Assembly: GCF_018350175.1 (NCBI RefSeq)
Contig: NC_058385.1
Coordinates: forward strand, 11,470,001 to 11,534,000
Origin: Felis catus
Taxonomy: Eukaryota
Reading direction: 5' to 3'
DNA length: 64,000 bases
Shown: positions 49,660 through 61,750 of the stretch, one piece after another
Layout: every line of letters begins with the position of its first letter
Position numbering within the stretch: position 1 is the first letter of the stretch
The notes under the pieces: generated by a model
Told to the model about the DNA's origin: nothing
The model's database searches: none
Seen by the model: only the letters and a program-made list of their open reading frames with translations
Position numbers and translations under genes: made by a program

Positions 49660-51510
49660 CAACAGTATTGGTTGGGAGTCTCCTGTTGCTGCCAGGACTT
49701 GTTCTAGATGTCTGAGATACATCAGTGAACAAAGAGACAACAATCCCTGCTGTAATGGAGCTTACTTTCTAGGTGGGGGGCAGGGTCAGGGGAGGAGACA
49801 GAAAATAACACACTTTAACAGAGATATTCTATAGTACTTTCGAAGGTAAGGGACAGAATCTATAGGAGAAACGGGATCTGGAGGTTTGCAGAGCTGGTTA
49901 GAGAAAAGAGTATGTTTAGAGTGGGCTTAATTGGGAAGATGCCATTTGAGTGAAGACTTGAAGGAGGTAAGCTATGTAGCTATAAAGGGAAAGAGTGTTC
50001 CACACAGAGGGAATAGCCAGAGCAAAAGCCCATACCTGTGTGTTCAAGAGACAAGGGGCTCAGTGCAGCTGTGGTGTAGGGAGTGAGGGAGCCAGTAGTA
50101 AGTACATAAGCAAGGGAGACAGAGTCCGAATGCAAGAGGAGGCAGTGGATGGAAGGCTTTTAAGCCTATGTAAGACACTTGTCTTCTATTCTTAGAGAAA
50201 CAAAAGGCCATTCAAAGATTCTGAGCTGATATGATGTGATCTGGCCTACCTTTTATTTGTTTTTAATGTTTATTCATTTTTTTTTGAGAGAGAGAGAGAG
50301 AGATAAAGAGAGAGAGTGTAAGCAGGGGCTATGGGGCAGAGAGAGACGGAGACACAGAATCCAAAGCAGGCTCTGAGCTGTCAGCACAAAGCCCAATGCA
50401 GGGCTTGAACTCACAAACAGTGAGATCATGACCTGAGCTGAAGTCGGCTGCTTAAGTGACTAAGCCACCAAGGCACGCTTGGCCTGCACTTTAAAAGAAT
50501 AAATCTGGTGTCTGTACTTACTGTGGAAAGACAGGGTGGAAACAAAGGTTCCAGGTGGGAGGCAGCCAAAGTCAATGAAGGGAGAGATGGAATGAGTTGG
50601 AACAAGATGGTGGCAGTAAAGGTGATGCGTGTGGTCAGACACTGGATGTATTTTGAAGATAGAGCCGATGAGATTTGCTACAAAAACTGAACATGGGCTG
50701 TTAATGAACAACTGAAAGAATGGACTTGTCATTAACTGGGATGGAAATGACCATAGGTCATTCATAGGTCATAGGATATACCTTGGGGAGAATATCAGGA
50801 CACGTTAGGTTTGAGATGTCCCTCAGCCATCTGAAGTGTCTGGTAGGATGGGAAACATACGAGTCTTGAGTTCAGGAAAGATGACTGAGATGGAAATAGC
50901 CATTTGAGTGCCATCATCAGCCTACAGATGGTATTTAAAGCCAGGGACACAAAGCAAGAAAGGGAACCTGGGATTGGTGATGGCAGCACTCCAACCTCGA
51001 GAAGGCTGGGAGTCGAGGAGGTAAGACAGTCGGAGGAAAGACAAGACAATGGGGTGGCTTGGAAGCCAAGTGAAGAAAGTGCATCGGGGAGAAGAAATGA
51101 TCACGCGAAGCTAATGAAGCCAGACATTAGATCTAGGGACAGGGAGGTCACTGAGAGCCTTGAAAAGAGCTGTTTCAGTACAATAAGGAGAGTGGCAACC
51201 TGACTGGAGACAATGGGAGGAGACAATTGGCGATTTCTGTGGATTTTGCTTCAAGGGGGGAAGAGATAAATGACATGTTAGCCCCAAGGGATGGGGGGCG
51301 GGGAGTAAATAGATTTTTTTTTAAAACCATGGCAGTGGTCCTGGAGAGCAGGAAACAATGACGATGCAGAGGAGATTGGGGAGAATTACTGGAGCAGAGT
51401 CCCTGCGTAGGGAAAAGGGCTTGAGCCTCATGTACAAACGAGAGGGCTGGCTTTAGGCAAATCATGGTTATTTCATCTCTGGCATCAGTCAGTAGATTAT
51501 CCATAAACAA
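49660..51510 (-). mobile_element. Long L2 LINE relic, interrupted by a SINE
   Basis: gttccacacagagggaatagccagagcaaaagcc; ggatgtattttgaagatagagccgatgagatttgct; ggtatttaaagccagggac. Confidence 0.8.
50251..50479 (-). mobile_element. CanSINE
   Basis: Reverse body; TSD tggcctacctttt / tggcctgcacttt. Confidence 0.93.
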
Positions 51511-52120
51511 CATACAGTATACTTAGGCTTTAAAGCTTTTCATACCATGAATTTTTTGTCACTTTCTTCTTGATCCTAACCTTAAGTTTTAGAGGTTCAC
51601 CCTCCTTGACTCACTTGCCTGGCTTATTCATTTCATACTTGCTGCACTGTACTGCTGTTACTATATACTCAGTACCTAAGTCTGTGCATTATTCCGTGGT
51701 GTAGATAAATTTTAATGTATTATCTACACCCTATTGAAGGGACAATTAGCTACTGTAAACAATGCAGCAACGTACAGGTTTCCTTCTACAACACGTAGGC
51801 AAGGATTTCTTTCAAGGAGAGGATTAAAATCACATTACAAAGCTATATATACGATATGCACAGCTCCAATGCTATTAAATATTGCCAAACTGCTACAAAA
51901 AGATGACCTGGAGAGTCATTATATACAGCAAAAAGTTATCAACTGTGTAAACTTTCCCAAAACAACACAATTAAATGATGTTTTATATAGTCACAGGATA
52001 CAATATCATGTAACCATTAGGATTACCAAGTTTTCTTAAAACAGCTAATCAGGATGTTTATTATATAACTCAGTACCTAAAAAGCAGAAGAGGAAATCAT
52101 TTGTATTATTAAAAGGTTAA

Positions 52121-52333
52121 TTTTTTTTTTCAACGTTTATTTGTTTTTGGGACAGAGAGAGACAGAGCATGAACGAGGGAGGGGCAGAGAGAGAGGGAGA
52201 CACAGAATCAGAAACAGGCTCCAGGCTCTGAGCCATCAGCCCAGAGCCTGACGCGGGGCTCGAACTCATGGACCGCGAGATCATGACCTGGCTGAAGTCG
52301 GATGCTTAACCCACTGCTCCACCCAGGCGCCCC
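52121..52333 (-). mobile_element. Young feline CanSINE, copy A of a tandem pair
   Basis: Flanked by aaaaggttaattttt at 52111 and 52335. Confidence 0.97.
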
Positions 52334-52344
52334 TAAAAGGTTAA

Positions 52345-52570
52345 TTTTTTTTTTAATTTTTTTTTCAGCATTTTTATTTATTTTTGGGACAGAGAGAGAC
52401 AGAGCATGAACGGGGGAGGGGCAGAGAGAGAGGGAGACACAGAATCGGAAACAGGCTCCAGGCTCCGAGCCATCAGCCCAGAGCCTGACGCCGGGCTCGA
52501 ACTCACGGACCGCGAGATCGTGACCTGGCTGAAGTCGGACGCTTAACCGACTGCGCCACCCAGGCGCCCC
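52345..52570 (-). mobile_element. Young feline CanSINE, copy B of a tandem pair
   Basis: Flanked by aaaaggttaattttt at 52335 and 52573. Confidence 0.97.
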
Positions 52571-53997
52571 AGAAAAGGTTAATTTTTTAATGCGGCTTTG
52601 CATAGAAAAATGATTGAATGTAAATACTGTCCACATTTTAACAGTCATTACTTCTGAATGATGAGATGTTAAGAGTAGCATTTTTTCCTTATTTTTACCT
52701 TTCTATATATTCTACATTTTCTGCACCAACATACATTCCTTTATGTAGACTATTAGTATGGTTATTAAAAGAATCTCACAATGAATATCAAAATCTTAAA
52801 AACAACAAAAAAAGTACAAACTCAGGCTTATAATCAGGTAAGTTGCAGTGAACGTTCCTTTGGACAAGTTTCACCCACTTGCTTCCAGCACCTTAGGGCG
52901 CCCTACTTACTGTACCGTGTGAATGATCTAAGAATAAAAATGCAGTTTTCCCTTCCAGGATATAAACACCAGCTACAATTGTACTACGGTTGTCTCAACC
53001 ACTGCTTCAACTATAGCTGTTCTTCACTCAGCTGTTTTTTCTTTTTGTCACCGGTGATTCCTCACCGGGGCCAAAAAATTCAGGTGGAACAAATTATGTC
53101 ACTTCGTTTAGCACTTCGGCCCTTCATTAGACAATAGAAACTGGTAAAACTGTAGCAGAATCAGGCGGACTGTGTGAAAATCCTGGGTGCTGATGCTCTT
53201 TCGTTTGACCTTATAAGGGCTCTTTCTTCTTCAGAATCAAAGTCATGGGGTTTTCATTCTGTTCTCAACAACAGAATAACACCGAAGTATGAAATGATAC
53301 CAGGGAGGAGGTACATTTCAGCCGTTTCAATCTCTCTGTTGTAAAGTATTCTTTTAGTTTTTTATGGAAATGTCATACAAACTTACCATCTACAAAAAAA
53401 GAAGAAGAAAAAAGAAAAAACAAATAGTACTACTTGTATCTCACTTCTATTTTTGATACATAGAATTTAAACTATTTTTAAAATCCTCTTCGGTTTGTCT
53501 GGCAATGCTATCTCTTCACCTTTATTTCCCAGCTTCTGTGAGATAATAAAAAGAAACCTCCCTATTTTTATAGAAACATTTACATACAATCTTGNNNNNN
53601 NNNNNNNNNNNNNNNNNNNNNNNNNNNNNNNNNNNNNNNNNNNNNNNNNNNNNNNNNNNNNNNNNNNNNNNNNNNNNNNNNNNNNNNNNNNNNNNNNNNN
53701 NNNNNNNNNNNNNNNNNNNNNNNNNNNNNNNNNNCTATCTACATATGAACGCTGATGATCGTGGTATGCTTTAACAGACTCCTGGCAAGCCACAAATAGT
53801 AATTGTTTTCATAAATGGCCAGCATAAAAGCCAGTACAATATGGACTTTTTGCAACAAAAATCACCTAAACTGACTTTGAAAAATTTACCAGTGAGCTTG
53901 CATTTATCATTACAATATTGTGCAAAGAGCCAGTGATAAGTGGAGATGACCTTATTTCAGTAATAGCAAATTGCATCATTATGGGTTTCATTGCAGG

Positions 53998-54019
53998 CGT
54001 GTGTGTGTGTGTGTGTGTG
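53998..54019. repeat. (GT)n microsatellite
   Basis: Read directly from the sequence. Confidence 0.95.
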
Positions 54020-56599
54020 TCTGATGTAATATATATTTTATGTTTCCACATCACAACAGATATATGTAGCACAATAAAAATGCCCAGATACAAGTCTAAA
54101 TCCTTCTTGGTTATCATAGCAGGAATTCTCTGTATAAAGATAAAACTATATAGAATGAGAATTAGCAGTCCAAAAATGCACAATAAAAAATGTAAAGGTC
54201 ATATTTTAAGCTGCCTTCCATACAGCCTGTTCATTTGTAATTTCAGCTTCTGTCTAAAATGCCTACTTACATACACATCATATTAACTTTAAATTATCAT
54301 TAATATACACAAGTCAGCAATTTAAGTATGGAACAATTTAAGTATGGAAGTTGACCTGAGAAGATAATCTTACTTTTGACTTTTTCAAGATTTGTAAATC
54401 AGCATGAAAAATGAGGAAAAATGAGTATAAAAACACTAAATGAGCATCGTCTCATTATCTCAAAGATCTAGATCGTAGGCCTTGGTCATTCCTAATCTCA
54501 GCCAAAAAGATAATGCCAGCTCCAGCTACCTGAAACCATGTGTACTGAATTGGACTCAAGGACAGCTGAAACCAAGAACAAGTTCAAGATTCTCACTCTG
54601 CTTTTCTTCTCCCCTGCAATTCGTTATCTCCTCTGTAGTCCTACCTTCCATACAGAATACTTGGCCTCCTACAACTCCTGGCCTCCAAGAGGGACTACCA
54701 CTTTTTGTTAACTCAAATTTAAAACAAAAATGGGAGGAGACTCTGATTTGGGTTGCTTTGGGTCATATGTGCCTATTCCTAAACCAATGTCTGCAGTCTG
54801 GAATTAGGTACCAAGACTGTGCCAGTTTGCAACAACTACCTACACTTCACCCAGTCCCCATCGCCAGAAGAAAAGATTTTGTTAAAAAAAAGAAAATGGC
54901 GGCATCCACTACATCTCATGGCAAAGGCAGGGGGGTTGGGGGAGGGAGGACATTTTCCTAACAAGAGGGTGAGTGCTTTTACCAGAGGCTAGGAGGGGTA
55001 CTGACAAACCTTGTAATATATTCCAATAGATAAATACATTCCTGCCAACTTCAGCTCATCAAAATAAATGTTCATACAATATGCTGAATTATATTTCCTT
55101 CCAATTAGTCAGGCTTTGAAAAAAGTAAGGAAATTGAAAAATATCTAAAATTCATGGAACACAAATTAGTCTTGCCTAGGCAACTCTTATAGGACTCGTT
55201 CTCATAGAGTCCAATTTAAACGGAGTCAGATCATAATTATCTGGTCTAGAAAAATATAAATCTCATATCTTCCCTGCTCCTTAATCTTATTGACTTCAAT
55301 TTTCTTCTTTATCAATCTATTTCAACAAATCTCATTCTCACAGCTACCTTGAAAATGTAAAAATCATAGATGCATTAGCCACTTTATATGATGTTTCATA
55401 GACATTACTAATAAATGTGTCTATTTTGGAAAAAGCAAATCGTCTATGATTTCAGGGATGTTTACTCCCATTTGTTGAAAACACATCTGATGAATGTAAT
55501 GGGCACCATGACCAAAAGTCATATCATAAAAAGATTGTTTATAACTGTGAAATCCATCCTCTTCAAATGGATTGTAGATTCTTCATTTTAAATATACTCT
55601 ACACCCTGAAAATTCTTGCAACACAGTTATGACCAAAAAGTCAATAAGTCTTATTGTTTGGAAGGTGAGGAAGAGAAAAGTAAGTGTCCAGAGAAAGAGA
55701 GAATGATAGAGAAATATGGTGCCGATGGACACGTAGCTAAATTTGGCTCCTGTTTAAGAATTTGAACAGTCCTCAACCAGCTAGACTCAGAACTAGCAAG
55801 TGTTGGTTAAGTGCCTTCCTCAAACAAACAAAAGGAAAAACAAGAAAGCCACATTGTGCTCCAGAGCTGGTTTTTTGTTTGCTTACTGTATCAAGGGGGT
55901 TTTTTAAATCATTATTTTCAATAGCAAGAACTCATTTGTACACATCTCTGACCTTAGCTTTCTGATTTTCTCAGAGATGAGTATAGCTAGGAACATCTGT
56001 GAACACGCTGGGAGTGGGAACCTCACTTTCAACATCATGGGCCAACTTCCCTCCCATTACAATTGGATCTAAGGATCAAGGTCATATGGGAAACCCAGCA
56101 GGTGTGACTCTTCCTCTCTGATCAACTCCCTTTGTTTTTTCTATTTTTATGCTCTCTTGAACACTACATAATTAACTTCCCTAATGGTTATAAAACTGCT
56201 AGGTAAATAAATGTAATGAGCTCCTATCCATATTGACAGAGAAGAAATATGATGACTATCAGATTTGCTCCCAGGAAATACACCAATACTAACAGGTTAT
56301 TGGTAAAAATAGCAATCTACTGCATTGCAGATTCTAAGCCAGTTTTGACCACCCTTCTAGCCTTTCAAAGAAATGAAGACAGTGATGAAAGAGGAGCAAG
56401 CTGCCACAGACATTTCTGAGAAGCTCAGAGACATTGTTTACACCATGTAAAGATGGTAACACAATGTGACCATGGCCTCAACCCTTCGTGCCCTGCGGAA
56501 AGTGGAAGAAGGTGGATGAGATGAAAACAAATCCTTGGTTCGATCAGCAAGCATTTTTTGAATACCTGCTACATACTAGAACTGGTCCAGGCACTTTCA

Positions 56600-57225
56600 A
56601 GGAAATTGTTGCATAACCCTCCAACTGTCTTCCATCTCATTCAAAGTGAAGGCCAAAGTCCTTTTGGGGACCTAGAAGGGCCTCCAGGACTTTTTCTGCA
56701 CTTCACTCCCCTCCAGCTACAATTGTGTCCTTTCTACTTGTTCAACACACGTTGCACGCTTCCTTTCTAGAATCCCGGCACACAGGGTTCCCTCTACTTG
56801 GAAAGCTCTTACTCCAGATATGTGCCTGGCTTGNNNNNNNNNNNNNNNNNNNNNNNNNNNNNNNNNNNNNNNNNNNNNNNNNNNNNNNNNNNNNNNNNNN
56901 NNNNNNNNNNNNNNNNNNNNNNNNNNNNNNNNNNNNNNNNNNNNNNNNNNNNNNNNNNNNNNNNNNTATAACCTCAGGGAGGTCTTTCCTGGCCACATTT
57001 CCAAAGTTGTAGAACTTCCTAATTCTTTTCTCCACTTTCTTTTCTTAGTTAGCACTTGTCATTTTCCTACATAGCATACATTTTACCTATTATGGTCTAT
57101 CTCTATCATTAGACAACAAACTTTAGGCAGCTGGAGATTTTGGGTTGTTTTGTTCAATGCTTCTCCCAAAAGGGCGCTTTGCAATAGTAGCCACTCAATA
57201 AATATTTTTGAATTAATCAACTGAT
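56600..57225 (+). mobile_element. L2 LINE 3' end, containing an N-gap
   Basis: ccatctcattcaaagtgaaggccaaagtcctt...tagtagccactcaataaatatttttgaattaat. Confidence 0.8.
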
Positions 57226-58119
57226 TAATAAATTTTGCTGCTTAACAGCTCTATGGGGTTGGTATTATTTCTTCATACCAATGAACAAAAAAGGCTCAGA
57301 GATTAATCTACCTAAGTTTCCAGAACACATAAATGGTAAAGCCCCTTGTTATCTCCCGTGTGGCCTAGGACTGTTTCCTCTCTCCACAGCTCGCTGGAAA
57401 GTACAGCCCAAAGTCAAGATGGGGGAGGTGAAGACAGACGTTGGAAATGAACAACCGGCAGCATCCACGTCCTAAGGAGGAGGCAGGCCCCGGAGCACAC
57501 ATCACGTGCTAAGATGGACAAGTAAGGCTCCTGTGCATAGATCCTATGCTTATCGGCAAGTGGCTGAAAATAGTTTGGGTTATAACCTCATCAATTAAGT
57601 ATATTTTTAAAATTATAAATATGCCCTTCTCTAAATGATTAGCAAATATCTGTATACAGTCTAGGATTGCTCCCATGGGAAAGAAAGTGCTTTGCCTCTC
57701 ATCTGTGTTGTATGCACGAACTCCACCATGGTTTGAAGCACATCCTTGCTTGAGTGACATCCGGTTGCATTAGATGCCTTGTGGTTGCAGGCATGTAACC
57801 CTTGTTTGTGTTTCACACCAACTGAACGGTTTCGTGCGGCAGGATGGGGAGAGAGAGAGCCAACGTGAAAAAAAATTAATCTTATACATGTGGCAGGTTT
57901 TTAAATGTAATATTGTTTTCTAGCTCCCACACAACAGGTTCATGCAGACACTAATCAGGTTTTTAATCACACTCTTACTGTGCATCTAATACTTCACAGG
58001 GCAGCACTCTGCTCACACAGGGGGACCAATTTTTTTTGTAGTAAAGCAAGCTTATTTTCTTTAAGAGAACTGACTCTTCTAGTCCCTGAATACGTCTCCC
58101 TGGCGTGTATTTTTCAGAC

Positions 58120-58680
58120 CCTATGGGACAAGACTCTTTCGCTTGAAAGTGGCAGAAACCCAATCAAACTAGCTTGAGCAAGAGAGGAATTTATTAGCAG
58201 ACACGTAGCAATAAAGAGACTAAAGTATAGGCAGGCCTGAGGCACACCTGGAAAGAGAAGTGATACCCTCCGAGGCTCTCCGTCTCCTGTCCGAGCTTCT
58301 CTCTACACAGGATCTGTGGGACGCGCTGTTCTCTCCCAGCGGCCTCTTCCATGTTGTAAAAATAAAGCCACCAGCTGCTTCTGGACCTAATATCTCCCAG
58401 CTTTGCCACCAACTAGGGGCTTATCTCTTCCCCTGTTTGTGTCTGCGAAACCTCCAGGGAAGGGTTCTGATGGGGCTGGTTTGGAAGCCCACACCTGGGC
58501 CTCAATCATCTGTGGCCAGATTGAGTCCATAGTCGAAATGACCACACCATTCAGACTCCGCAACTGGGAGCGTTTCCTAGAGGAAGGAGAGGTGCTGCTA
58601 CCACAGCCCTCAGGAAGTGGGAGAGCAGGAGGGAAGCTTGCTGGGTGATGTGACCATTGACGCTGCCCATAAAGACCTAC
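58120..58680 (-). mobile_element. MLT1J/K-like MaLR LTR relic
   Basis: gaaagtggcagaaacccaatcaaactagcttgagcaagagaggaatttattagc. Confidence 0.6.
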
Positions 58681-60389
58681 CTTTCCAAGCCCCATCACGT
58701 ACCATGCACTCTGTCTCATTAAACTCTCCTTCTACATTTCCTACAGGCCACTAGGTTACATTTCCATTAAAGTACTCAAAAGGTTTTATCAGAGCCTAAG
58801 ACACAGCCCATTGCCACTAATAAACTGAGTTACTGCAAAGATTTTCAACAGCTGGTATTCAAATATGTCCATTTTACTTGAGCCCTTTAAGTCCACTTTT
58901 GCCAAGCCTCGGCACAGGTTAACTAGAATAAGGTATACCTGAGTCTAAGCTTCTTACCAAAACAATCTTTTTGTGTCATTATTTCACTGGGATGTTTATA
59001 TATGTATACTCATTTACACCGTGTGCTTCCCTGTATACACAAAAACAGACCCAGCAGGTCTCCTGACACCTCCCAGGGCAAGAGACCACCAGCACCTTGG
59101 AGTCATGCACCCATTTCTCTGGTGTATCTACCGTGAACCGAGAGTCATCAGTGGAGACTTTAATAGTCATTTCATCTTTGGAACATCAAAAACGTGTAAA
59201 GATTGGCCCTTGCCTTAGCCTCATCTTCCTTTAATACTCATGTGGACAATATCTGATCCAGAAAAATTGAAAAGACATGCAAAATTGCATTAATTTTTCA
59301 CCAGAAATGAATCAAAACGTAAACTACATTCATATATACTTACACACACACACACAAACACAGCTACCTCTCTGTGCTTCACAATAACATTAAGAAATTT
59401 CAGATTCACTTGGAAGAAAATCACTGTTTCAAACAGAAGCTTTGAGAACATTTTTTCAGATTTAAAAAAAAAAAGCCTATGAACATGTTCAGCTTCTGAT
59501 AAAGCTAGAGTTGATTCTAGTCAATAACATGATTCACCTTATCCCAGTACCTGTGAGAAAAACCCGAGTCCAACAATAGCTACAGATTTATACAAGATGG
59601 TGTAACACAGCAACTGAAAAATTGCACTCGCTGTGCTACAAATGACTACTCTTCAGAATATAGTAACTTTCCAAATAATGGTTATAAAACAAAGCAAGGA
59701 AAATTCCATCCGTTAACCCATACCCAAAGAATGCATTCCATTTCCATCTCAAGCACAGAAATCCCTCTATTAGAAGGGGACAGACACAGCCATTGGTGAA
59801 CCCATCACTATTCACTAGTATTCATGATTCGTCGTTCATTAACCTGTGGACATAACGCATTTGCTAGAAAGTCTGAAACTATCGGCTTTCACTCAAAAAG
59901 AACCCGTGAGGAGATATTCAGTGAGATAAAAACAAGGTAAAGGGCACAAGGAGAAGAAGAATTCAGAAAGAAAATCTAAACCATAGAGGAAAGGGTCATT
60001 GAAATTTGAATTACTATTCGGGGTTAAATTCACCATCAAATATTAGAAAATAGCTCAAATGCTTTAGGGAATATAATATTCCAGTGGACCAGAAAGAAAA
60101 GGAAAAAAATAAAATAAAATAAAAGACACTACAAATCTCTTCAGGTCAGAGGCAATGATTTATTCATCTTTTTATTCTCCACAATCCTTAACAGAAGAGT
60201 AAACAAAACACATAGTAGGCTCACAAAAATATTAAACAAATGAATGAATGAAATCATTTTTTAAAGCAGAGTGGCTTAAAGATTTTTGTAAAGCACACTA
60301 TGCCAGCTGGAAGGTCTGTACACAGAGGGCTTTATGGTCAAGTAAGTTTGCCAGTGCTGTATAATATATCACTTACAAGATGCATAAGG

Positions 60390-60947
60390 CTCATGGGTAA
60401 AAACCCTAGAGGAAAACATAGGGAACTAGATCCTTGACATTTGTGTTGGTCATGATTTCTTGGATAAGACATCAAAGCACAGGCAATAAATGCGAAAGTA
60501 AACAAGTGACGCTATCTCAAAATAAAGAGCTTCTGCACAGCAAAGGAAATAGTCAATAAATTGAGAAAGCCACCTGTAGAATGTGAGAAAATATTTGCAA
60601 ACTATATATCAAATGCGGGGTTAATATTCAAAATATATAAAGAACTCATGCAAATCAATAGCAAAAAACCCAATTTTAAAAGGGGCAAAAACCTTGAATA
60701 GACATTTTTTTTCCAAATAAGACATAAAAATGGCTAACAGCTACATGAAAAAGTGCTCAACATCAGACATCATCAAGAATATGCAAATCAAGGGGTGCCT
60801 GGGTGACTCAGTTAGGCGTCCGACTCTTAGTTTCTGCTTATGTCATGATGTCACAACTCACGAGTTCAAGTCCTGCATCGGGCTCTTCGCTAACAGTGTG
60901 GAGCCTGCTTGGGATTCTCTCTTTCCGCCTCTCTATCTGCCCCTCCC

Positions 60948-60978
<31 letters not shown>

Positions 60979-61750
60979 TTAAATGAATAAATAAACTTAA
61001 AAAAAAAGAATATGCAAATCAAAACCACAATGAGATATCATCTCACACTTGTCAAGATGCCTGTTATCAAAAAGATAAGAGATAACAAATGCTGGTGAAG
61101 ATATGGGGGAAAGAACTCTTCTACACAGTGGGAATATAAATCCATATGGCCATTATGGAAATCAGTATGGCAATTACTCAAAACATTAAAAATTGAACTA
61201 TCATAAGATCCAGCAGTCTCACTCATGGGTACATANNNNNNNNNNNNNNNNNNNNNNNNNNNNNNNNNNNNNNNNNNNNNNNNNNNNNNNNNNNNNNNNN
61301 NNNNNNNNNNNNNNNNNNNNNNNNNNNNNNNNNNNNNNNNNNNNNNNNNNNNNNNNNNNNNNNNNNNNNNNNNNNNNNNNNNNNNNNNNNNNNNNNNNNN
61401 NNNNNNNNNNNNNNNNNNNNNNNNNNNNNNNNGGGAGGCAGAAATGGGTGATGTAGATTAAAGGATACATGTTTTTAGTTATAAGAGGAAACAAGTTCTG
61501 AGGATCTGATGTGTGGCCTGGTAAATATCTTAATGGCACTGTATTCTAGAAAGTTGCTGAGAATAGATCTTAGCATTCTCACCAAAAAAAAAAAAAACAG
61601 TTAATTATGTGATTGGTGGATGTGTTAATTATATGACCTTGGTAATAGCCCACAATATATATATGTATATCAAATCATCACATTATACATTTTCAATATA
61701 TACAATTATACTTATCAATTATTCCTCAATAATAATTAAAAAATAAAATA
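60390..61750 (+). mobile_element. L1 (L1MA/MB-like) ORF2 3' end and 3'UTR, interrupted by a SINE and an N-gap
   Basis: cttctgcacagcaaaggaaa; aaaaccacaatgagatatcatctcacacttgtcaagatg; 3' end caattattcctcaataa plus an A-rich tail. Confidence 0.9.
60792..61005 (+). mobile_element. Older CanSINE inside the L1
   Basis: Perfect TSD aagaatatgcaaatcaa. Confidence 0.95.

Noticed and set aside
52208-52681. 157-aa ORF, plus the many ORFs with GAPGWRSRLSVRLQPGHD, AQVMISRFV or RETEHERGRG motifs
   Set aside because: These are read-throughs of CanSINE sequence, not genes.
55421-55582. Protein-looking minus-strand frame RIYNPFEEDGFHSYKQSFYDMTFGHGAHYIHQMCFQQMGVNIPEIIDDLLFPK*
   Set aside because: Bounded by stops, with no usable acceptor or upstream ATG; the length is expected by chance.
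57764-57810. Small imperfect hairpin (ggttgc...atgcct...aggcat gtaacc)
   Set aside because: Too short and bulged for a pre-miRNA; no known mature sequence recognised.
59866-59936. Plus-strand exon-like segment KSETIGFHSKRTREEIFSEIKTR with a GTAAAG donor
   Set aside because: Weak polypyrimidine tract, isolated, no recognisable product.
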